Shown: piece after piece, positions 54,195 to 64,000 of the stretch | Position numbering within the stretch: the first letter of the stretch is position 1 | Layout of the letters: each line of letters opens with the position of its first letter | NCBI RefSeq assembly: GCF_964204645.1 | Contig: NC_134030.1 | Span: forward strand, 7,669,122-7,733,121 | Origin: Tubulanus polymorphus | Lineage: Eukaryota; Animalia; Nemertea | Direction of reading: 5' to 3' | Length of the DNA stretch: 64,000 nucleotides | The notes under the pieces: generated by a model | The model's input: the letters and a program-made list of their open reading frames with translations, nothing else | What the model was told of the DNA's origin: nothing | Databases searched by the model: none | Made by a program: the position numbers and the translations under genes

Positions 54195-57077
54195 AATGGT
54201 TATTGCAGCGAGGAAGCTAGATGAATCAAAGGAAAAACTTCTCAGAATTTTTCCGCATTACCGGGTATTGATGTTTCTTTATGAAAGTATTGCTTGTTTT
54301 TTTTTCCTCGCGGAACTATATGATAAGCACTGCCTACGTGGAGAAATGGTTCTTTCACATAGATGATGTTGACATTAAAAGGGGTGGTTGAATAGATTTA
54401 TGGCAAAGTTGACCTTATGCAGTTTCGTAGTACGGCAACATTTGCACCTTGACTGCAAGTAATTATGCGTAATTTGCTGCATTTGATCGAGGAAAATGAG
54501 CACCATATATCATAGTTTTAATGGTAGCATTTCGGATCGGGCCACAAGGTGCGTATATACTCAAACGTTTATTAATGGGAGGTAAATATCAGAAAATATC
54601 AAATGTTAATCGCCGTCAAAAGTGACCTACTTCATCAAGTGAACGTTGGAAGAATTAATGTGATTTTGGTTTCGACAGGCTGTTGTGTACGTGTCAAAAG
54701 ATATCAGCAGATATGGGAAAATGAAAAAAGGTCACATTTAGATTCGCTCTGCGTTTTCATGTGCTCTGGCACAAATCTACGAAAGTGTCAGACGTCAAAT
54801 TTGAGGACTTTCGCCGTTGTAAATAAACTATAATTTTGTACGCAGTTTTTAGTATTTACGACTTAGACGCGCGTTTGTTTGAGAAACGTGAAAAAATGAA
54901 CCACTGTTTGCACTAAAAACAAATGATCTATGCGTAATTACTGTATAAGGTATGTCGACCTGTTGATGTACAATGCTTGGGAAAACAAACCAAGTTTCTA
55001 AGTGCAAGGATACCATATATTGTACGACGTAACCTGTTCGTTCGTCCTCGGTGGCTAAAAAATATTCACCAAATCTGCTATTGCCGCTGCTGCCACTTGC
55101 TAAGAGAAAAGTGCTACAATAATTTTTCTATGAAAATCTATGAAAGAAGATCTGTAGCTTTATAGATAGAATTACAGTCTTATTACTTATAGGCTACATG
55201 TAGTAATGATGAAACAGGGTAGATTATGTGAGATGCATGTTGATCGCTTATAAGGCAAGTTGCGAAATTCATATCTCAGCTTTTCCTATCTATGGTTTAG
55301 TCAGACACACTTATCAACTGCATGGTCCAAACAGGAGGTTATCTCGAAGCTTTTCTATTGTGGTATCATAATCAACCTGACCACGACTGCTATAAGAGAG
55401 TAGTTTCTACTTTGTTTAAGTATTTAACTACTCTGAAAAATTACAAAATACTATCAAAATCAGAATTGTTTTCAGTTCATTTTCAATTAAACCCCTATTT
55501 TTGATGTCAAATTATTCTCATATAAGGTGTAAACTGCAATTGAGCGATATCAGGTAGTCAGGTCTGAACAAGTAGTATATCAAAGCTAGATCAAACTAAG
55601 ATTTTTCCAAATCGTTACTAGGCCTAGATACGTGTACTTCTGTTGTCACAGCTTTGATATTCTCAAGACAGATATCCTTGAATCATGCAGGTATAATATC
55701 TGCAGGAATCGTTATTCCGATTGGACGAATGATTGATCGAACATTGATTGAACGATCTTCGATGGACCGGGGTGAAAAACTTTTTGAACTTCTCGCGCCT
55801 CAAGTCCGACGACGAGCGATTGTTTACTTATGACCGCTCACCGGACGACTTGTCCGAACCGGGAAAACAGGCGAGATTGATCGCGAACCGATCGACGACG
55901 ACGACGCAGATATCGCTGATAGAATGAATCGCGGTTCACAGGTCAGTCGAGTTGTCGTGTCCGAACGTCCCGCAATCGCAACGCTGACAACCATTTGTTG
56001 AACGATCGGGTCAGCGTGCCGACGCAGATTCTCGTCGGGGCCGGATATCGGTTACGTCGTCGACGCGGTGATCACCGGGACCCGCGAAATCATCCGCGCA
56101 GACAAATCTATAAACTTCCTGATTAAGTCAACAATTGACGACGTCGCGAAATTTCTCTTCCGATTTGCGGTCGTGTCGGTTTTTGATCAATTTTTCCGAT
56201 ATAGTTAATCAAGTCGACGGCTGGCTCGCGGTAACGACGACAAAGCGCCGGGGCCCGTTAGTTTCACGGTGGGTTTGTTAGGGAAAACGAACGAACGAAC
56301 GGCGGCGAAGAAGAAGTTTGATACATCGCACGCGGGTCACGGGTCAAAGGTATCAGTGAGAGCAAATCCGGGCTTTTAAGAGAGTGGAGGAATTGATTAT
56401 ATTTTCCACTTGAAATTAATTGGTTCATGATTCATAACGACTCGTAACCAACGGAACCATGAAATGTAAACTCGCTGCTAAATATCTCTGAATTTTTTTC
56501 ATACAAAGTTATAATTCTGTTGACTGTCATGAATTGTCGTAGAGGGGAACGTCTCATCAAGAATTAGCCTATATTGATGCATGAGATTTAGGTTCGATGA
56601 TTTAACATAAAAAGCTTTGATTAATGGTTGACGGCTTTACATTTCTCGATTCAAAATATTCCTATTTATTCATATATAGCCGCAAGCCAACGGGAAAAAA
56701 CGTTCTACATTGAGTTACGTACTTATCTTTTTCTGGTAATTGGAGATGATGGTTTCAGATATACTGCTATCACTACGTATTAATTTACCGATTCTCAGGT
56801 GCCATGTCAATAGATAATCCAAATGCATATCTTTTCTAATCTCTCTTACCTCAATTATCAGTATCGATGCAAACATACCTGGCACATCTCTGGCATCGCA
56901 TACCTGCTGTATTCGTTCATTTTTACCGTGTAGAAAATTCCGTTTTTTCGTGATGAGTCTTGAGTAACCTACGATAGATAAAAACCGTATCTTGCCCCCT
57001 ACCTGAATAGAACTTATCAGTGACTTGTTGTATTTTATCAAGCTTTATATTATTTTTATTAGCTGAATTTGTTTGGA

Positions 57078-57280
57078 TTTGGATCTCATTATAGAGATCA
57101 TCATCAGGTGAGATCGAAACGTCACCTGACGATGATCTCTAGGGTGAGATCGAAACGTTGTGTCTTTTAAATATTTTAGATTTAATAAATAAATTCTGGT
57201 TTTTAATTTCTTTTAATCTGTAAATAGTGGGATTTTATCTTATTATCCGTTCACCACGTTTGAGTGTGGTCATCGTTCTA
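57078..57280 (+). mobile_element. Short Penelope-like/retrozyme-type element with inverted 5' segment
   Basis: Full hammerhead plus AT-rich tail, preceded by an antisense partial hammerhead (57082-57110). Candidate 9-bp TSD ttgtttgga at 57069-57077 and 57281-57289. Confidence 0.85.
57123..57162 (+). ncRNA. Minimal type-I hammerhead ribozyme motif (PLE-type)
   Basis: CAC-CUGACGA-U-GAUCUC-uagggu-GAGAUC-GAA-ACGU-U-GUG, with a GUU triplet and a 3-bp stem I. Confidence 0.8.
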
Positions 57281-57789
57281 TTGTTTGGAGGTATCAGGTG
57301 TTTCTATGTGCATGGTCAATATGTTACGTCTAAGATGTAACTACGTTTTGTTGTTTTGTGCCAAGGTGTAATCAGTATTCCATGACTTCAAAACACTTGT
57401 TTGACTATTCTTTCTTGGTTTAAGCAATCTATTAGTGAGTTTTTGATGTAAATTATGGAGTTCATGCAGCCCGAGGAGGATGATTCCCTATTTCAAATAG
57501 AATAGATATAACTTATCAAAATATCTTATACCTCTTTTGTTTATTGATGATTGATTTTGGACTGTCAAATGCATATTGATGATTTGTGTTGTTTTCAATA
57601 TTTTTCAGATGAATTCATGAAATGTAATGACAAGGCTTAAATGGGGAGACCAGGAGAATCGAAAAATCCAATAGCCATGAACCACCTAGTTATATGCCGC
57701 TATCCTGACGTAGTCACAGTTCACCATGAACAATCACACTTCTGGAACAATCTGTAGTCATCAAGGAATCAGTGCTGTTCCCTTCATAG

Positions 57790-58467
57790 GAACTGTCTGA
57801 GCCGTTACTCTCAATGGAAAAATCCTGCGTGAAACAGTCCGAGCAATCATCTTGCCTGGAACAGGCTGAGGCATTGCCCTCCGTGGACAAGTTGGAAGTA
57901 TTGCCCTGTGTGAAGCCATCAACGTGCGTAGAACAACAGTCTAAGGCATCTCCCTGCATGGAACAGTCTGAGCCATCACCCACTGTGGAACAATCTGGGC
58001 CATCAACTGACATGGAACAGTCTGAGCCATCTTCCTCCATGGAACAGTCTGAGCCATCACCCACTGTGGAACAATCTGGGCCATCAACTGACATGGAACT
58101 GTCTGAGCCATCTCCCTCCATGGCACAGTCTGAGTGGCCATCGCCAGAGCTTTGTAAACCATCAACTGACATGGAACAGTCTGAGCCATCTCCTGCCATG
58201 GCACAGTGTGAGGTGTCACCTTGCGTCGAGCTGTGTAAGACATCAACTGACATGGAACAGTCTGAGCCATCATCAGATATGGTTAAGCCCGAAACATCTC
58301 TTCACATAAAACACACTGAGCCATGTACTGCCATCGAACAGACCAAACCATCTGAAGAGCCATCTGACGCAATGCAATTGACTGGTCCATCATCCGAGGC
58401 TGAACCGGAACCATGGCAAAATGAACCATCTCAACTCACAGAACCAATTATAGATAGTAAGTCCTGA
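57790..58467 (+). repeat. 27-bp minisatellite forming a 217-aa Ser/Glu/Pro-rich ORF (MEQSEPSPT/VEQSGPSTD units); possible exon or pseudo-exon
   Basis: ORF 57814-58467 has 9-aa periodicity. There is a candidate acceptor ctgttcccttcatag ending 57789 and a donor-like GTAAGT at 58457-58462. In-frame stops lie upstream (57706, 57727, 57787). The repeat is certain but coding status is not. Confidence 0.7.
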
Positions 58468-59997
58468 TTCCTTGCAATATGTAAAGTACTTTTGCTGTTT
58501 TGTTAATGACCTTGTGGTTTATGTAGCAGGAATTAGACGTGAGATCGTTCATTGGATCATATTGCTATATTATATCATCTTCAGTCAAGAGGAATTGATC
58601 ATATCTCCTCTTTTCCCGCTGTAAACATTTTCCTCGTGGTCAGGAAAGTATCCAAAGCTCATAGATTAGAAATTAGAATATCTTTTTTGGTCAGAACGTA
58701 AGAAGCAGTTTTCACTTATGTTCGAAAACAAGATATTCCGATGAGCCTGTGCTGATTTAAGTGAATCTCCTTTCAAATTCGCTGTATTGGAGAATCATTT
58801 TTTCCAGCATTTGGGTTGACAGTCATTGCGCGGTAAGAGACGAACGAGTCTTCTATCTAGCGTCTCAGTCGGGGGATTCAATAGTCAGTTGAGTGACACT
58901 TAATTATCTCACAGATAGTTGTGGTCAGTTAAGGCTGAAATCACCTAGTTACTCGGTAATGCTGGATTTTCGGGATAACACCACTTCGCGCTAATTAAAT
59001 CTGATAACATCCATCAGTGCGCGCTTTTTTTTACGATTGTCGTCGTCCGTTTAAAAAGAGCGGTCGAGCGGTCCCCCGGTCGGTTGGACAGTGATGACGC
59101 CGCGCATCAACTGCGGCGAAGATCCGATCATTGAGAATTAGCGAGGCAAGGTTTCTGTTGATAACGGTGCTTGCATTTTTGGAGATAATCCCAGGTGACG
59201 TTGCAGCATTGATTGATTATGCATCAAAGTCTCTATTAATTCCAAACCGGGCTACATCTTTTCGATCATAACTTTTTTAAAACGCATTTCCCCTGAAATC
59301 CTTAGAATAAGCCGTAGAGCACATATGAACAAGATGAAAGATCAGCTAAAACTGCAGATGATGGAGGGAAGTGTAGAAAATGGAAAATTGCACATGTTTA
59401 AGAAATGGGAAATCCCACGTCTAAATAGTAAATCTCATGAATATCATTTCAAATGCTAACTATTTGATTTCAATAATTAGTGATTTATTCTTTCATTGTA
59501 ATCTTTCTTCCCGCTCTCCGGAGAATTACTTGAACGAGTTAACTCTAGATGAAATTTCATTTCCTCTGATTCGCGATTGCTGTAGAGAGTGGTGTACTTT
59601 TTCATGAGTACTGATGACAGGTATGAGTCCACTCATCGGCTGCTAGTATATCGCTAGTAAGGACGCTTAATACGAGTGACAAATGGCCCGCGTTGAGCTG
59701 TCATTTATCATCGGGCGAACGAAGCCCCCTTCGTTTATATATACCTTTACCGAGGGTGGGTGACATCGCAGCGTAAGCGAAGGATTGTCAGGATTTTAAT
59801 CCGGCGCCCTAAGCTGCCGGTAACTCGCTGGAATTGATGAATGATCTTAGCTGTACGTGACTAATCAACTACGCCAATGAAGCATCATTGATAATTTTAT
59901 ACCAAAAGAAAAAATACTTCTGTAATCAATAAATCGCTTTTAGACACTTTTTCCAAAAAAGGGAATTTATATCATTTTGTGTTTTGATTACTATTCA

Positions 59998-60294
59998 TAT
60001 ATGTTGCCACTGACCTAGAAAACCTGAAAAATTGGGGAATCAGAAAATCTAGAAAAAGCGGGGACAAATTGGGGAATGTGACAAATTTTGCAAAAAAAAC
60101 CCTGGAAAACTTAGAATTTGGATATATTATTGACCAGACGTTTCTTTATCAATACATGATTCATAACAGATGAATAGATTGTAATATTTTAAAACAGGAT
60201 TTTCCTTGGATTTTACCCAGGGAATTTTGTGTTATGACATGGAAAAATGAAGGAAATAGGGAAATTTCTAAATTGGCAGAAAGTGGCCACCTTT
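59998..60294 (+). mobile_element. MITE family D
   Basis: atgttgccactgacctagaaaacct ... aaagtggccacct, colinear with 14135-14393. Confidence 0.82.
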
Positions 60295-63200
60295 AAAAGT
60301 TTCTAATTAGTTTCTAAGTTCTAAATATAAAAGGACACAATCCATTCTATCTAGTGTATTGTAATGACAATTCCTGAATCCACTTTAATACATTTATTGA
60401 AATGTCTCGATACAAATTGAGTTATTGTAATTCAGGCGTTGTTTAGAATTCCCAAACGTTGATAGTCCGTCTGTCCAAGCTGCTGGGCGAATCAAATCGT
60501 CATTGGAGTCCATTCGAGGGTGAATGTTTGGTTAATTATACTGTCTTACAATATCTGAGATCTGGCAGCGTAATCCTCGGTTGGATATGATTTATCATAC
60601 GGCGTATTGTCCTGGAAGGATCTTCCGTTGATCCTCGAAACCTGAGTCACGGGTGGAATATCTTCAGCCCGTAATTACGCGTAGTTTGTTGACTAATAAA
60701 CTTATAACTCACGTTTAATACAAGGGACGCGCGCGCAATATAAGCCGTTATTCTCTGCCGCAGTATTGACAGCATGTGGCTACATGAAGCATCGTTCTAT
60801 CGGTATGCTGTCGTCCGTATAAACGGTCCCGAAGGCTTCGGTAGAGATTATCCTACAAAAAAAATTTTGTCTTGGCCCAGTTCCACGAAAAAGTTTAACT
60901 CACAAAATTTGTGGTTTAGTTGCTGTTGTTTATTTAGTGTTTTCAATGAAGAAAACAATTCAAACCTAGCCATTTACGCTTAAACCTTTTCATAACAATG
61001 GATCCTGGTTCAATGGCTTCACTTGTTTTTTTTAAATGCAATTTCAATTGTTGGTCACTGTTGTTATCTGAGTTGGGAAAAATGGCTCCTGGTAATGATA
61101 TCACAATTTCAGTATGATATTTACAGTTTTTGAGAATGATAGTTATCCCCAAAGTTAAGGATAACTTTGATGTTGCCCACTAACAGTCCCAAAAATGGTC
61201 AATATCAGAGCCTTATCCGAAAAGCACCATTTCAACTTCTAGAACAAACGTTTGACAGATGTTTTCGGGTTGCTATTCAGGGTTTTTGTGAATGGCAGTT
61301 ATCGGCTAAGTCTTAAAGAAGGGTACAAAATTCAAAACTGCAATGGGTCATTATAATACCATCCTCGCGTTTTTATCCTGTCGATGATAAAATAATGGTC
61401 CATCAAACGCGCACGATGACTATACGTCGCACTGTTTCGTAATGACGACAGCCCATCAAGCGTAATTTGTTGCCCGCTTTGTCTGAATCATGCAGCAACT
61501 GAATGCCGCCTGCGTATGATGTCATCTTTTCTATCAAAACAGGTGTCATTTTGTCATAGATTCCATAACAATTCGGTATTATAGGATGAAACGTGGATAA
61601 TAACTTTATCAGAACGGGAGGATTCCACCTACATATGTAGCTTACTGGCTGATCACGGTAGCTCGGTTTCTCCGTTTAAAAAATCTGTCTGCCTCGACTC
61701 ATGGAAAATTGAGTTGAAGAGTTTAATTCTTCTGTAATAAGCCTATATCTGATGGTAGAGTGTGTTCAAAAATCAAACTAATTGAATTTGTTTTCATTTG
61801 GTCCCCTAGATCAACAGCAAGTTCAAATGAAGCCCCCCAATATCTAAAAGATATGCTTTATTGTTTTTGTCTTGAAATTTGCTCGTTCTCTATGAACAAA
61901 TTATATATTTTAAATCCTAAATTCTAAATATTTTCTAGCTTCTTGCCCTTGAGAATTTATCATATACTTATTCATTTGTTCCTTTCATTTCCTGACCATT
62001 TTTTGTAAACTCGAATATCGAATTTCAATCACTTTTGTGGATAGACAAATTCGCAATAATTCAAGTTATGTAATTGGCAATTAGAACATCGAGTGTATTA
62101 TCGTCGTTTAGTCGTGTAGATCCTTTGAAAAAAAATGACAGGCTTAGTTTTAGTCGGATTTTCCACGGCATTGACCCCGACGTAGCTCATTCATTCGTTC
62201 GGGTTAACGATGACTCAGCGTATTTGAGACCATTTACTCATTTAGACTGATTATAATTGTTCTTTTTAGCATACTCGCGGGTTCTCTCTCTCTCTGTGGC
62301 CGGCGGATGGAATCGACGCAGGGCCGTCATGCGGAAACACGCGTTTGCCATCCGTCGGTATTCACTTGTTCATCCGTGCAACACGAGAACCGGCATCTAC
62401 TATTTTATTACAACGAATTATGATATACGCCCGCCTTGCCTTTGACGCATAATGATAGTTTTGTACTTTTCACCTTTTTACCCTTATTGACTGAATACTG
62501 ATTCATTCAGCTTTCTTACTTGGGGGGAGGGGATGGTTGGTCATCGTTCAAATTTCTTTTTCTAGGCATCGGAAAGGCCACCCTGTAGTCTTCACGACAA
62601 TATTTTACTATTTCCAATTTAAACTGTAACTTGCATCTGAATGTGAAATCTTAGATTCAATAAGTATACGTGTAACATAATGTACTACTTTTGAGAACAG
62701 CTTCGGGGATTTTGAATCAATGGTACAGCCTTTGCTTTCCCAATTTATTCCCTCCTTTTTCGTCTGTTGAATATGATCCATTTTGCATTTCGTAATACCC
62801 GAAAAGCAAAAAACAAAATCAGCGTTTGGATAATAATGAAATTAAGATTTCGACGAGGAAAACTTGTTTCTCTCGTCCTTATCGATTGTCATACGCGAAT
62901 TAGAAACAACGTAATTAAAATCGCTGTCACCGATATAAAACTGCGATGTTCAATTAACTCGTATCAATCCTGAGATGACAGTTTCATCAGCGGTTATCTG
63001 CTATACAGCTATAAACTCAGTGCACCGCTCTCTCAGGGCCTGCGCGCATTCCGGATGGGGGGAAAAAAATGTTGGAAATCGTAACACCTAAACTATGCGC
63101 AGTGGACTGTTCGTTGTATTTTTGGACAATTTTGAAGAACATCCTTAACCTAAAAAGTGTTTAATTAGAAAGAAATGGGTGTGCAGCTTTTACAAGATAA

Positions 63201-64000
63201 GTCCCATTTAGTAGACTAGGGGTTTCAACAGTATCCATTGAGAAAATGAAATCTCTGTTCAAAATTTACTTTACACGGTACAACCAAACACTGGACATCA
63301 CGAAAAGATTGCACTACAAATTAAAACCCTTTATGCTAAAATTGTTGAATAAACTTCGTCCTGCTCATAGCCTTAGAAGCCAGCTCAATATCCCGAAAAT
63401 TTTAAGTTTATTATAGTTATTATGACAAAGAATGTATACAAAGAAGATAGTGTAAAGCAATTTTTTTCAAAGTTTGAATCCCGATTTCAATTTCACTTCA
63501 CTATTTACATCACTGGAAATTCTGAAAATATCATAAACTCTTGTTTCCGGTGCTATATTCGGGTATCAGTGTATTCAAGTTTATTGCACAAATTCCTAAA
63601 TGCTTGTGTATGCGATTATACCTGTATTCATTTGTTCGCATATAAGACTAACTGTTTGCCATCTTTCCATGAACCCAATTTCCACCGCGTCTTCAGATAG
63701 CAAACATCATCATTCCAGCGGTGTCATCGGGGTTCGTTCGTCGAGATTGTTTTCATCGCAGGTCTCCGCCGCGAGATCCGACCAGTAGTGACTCAGTGCA
63801 TCGTCGTTCAGTCACCGATTCGTACGCGATAACGACAAATTACCCGAGCGCTTCGTCGTCGTCTCTCTCGTACCTTCATTCCGGCGATATCTCGGCAGCC
63901 GAGCGATTCTAGCAATTACGCGACACGGGCCTATCCCGGCGGCGTGTCACGACCCGTGAAAGCGCGCGCGGCGCGGAGTCTTACGATGCGTAATTTCGAC

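Noticed and set aside
55700-55950. Possible first exon ending ATG AAT CGC GGT TCA CAG|GTCAGT
   Set aside because: Only a short frame and a moderate donor match, indistinguishable from chance in a CpG-rich block.
57714-58273. Minus-strand 179-aa and 110-aa ORFs
   Set aside because: They are shadow frames of the stop-poor 27-bp repeat.
3600-59625. CAG|GTA words as recursive splice sites
   Set aside because: They occur on both strands and mostly lack upstream polypyrimidine tracts.
482-63912. The remaining 60-125 aa ORFs in the six-frame track
   Set aside because: Lengths and composition match random expectation, many use non-ATG starts, and several overlap repeats.

Overview
This is eukaryotic, animal-like, AT-rich genomic DNA that is almost entirely non-coding (a very large intron or intergenic region). 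I recognise no complete gene, tRNA/rRNA gene, operon or CRISPR array, and nearly all listed ORFs look spurious. Supportable features are: (i) many short non-autonomous DNA-transposon relics (PIF/Harbinger-like, hAT-like and foldback MITEs); (ii) three copies of a ~150-210 bp element carrying a minimal hammerhead ribozyme of the Penelope-like-element type, two with 13-bp target-site duplications; (iii) a tRNA-like repeat in one inverted plus two tandem copies; (iv) mini- and microsatellites, including a 27-bp repeat that reads as a 217-aa S/E/P-rich ORF. The most striking property spans the whole window: CpG-dense blocks of a few hundred bp alternate with almost CpG-free blocks roughly every 0.7-1.5 kb. 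Mobile elements sit mostly in the CpG-poor stripes. One tandem duplicate shows one-sided CpG to TpG/CpA decay, which suggests a stable, kilobase-scale striped germline methylation or chromatin pattern. All counts and boundaries were read by eye.
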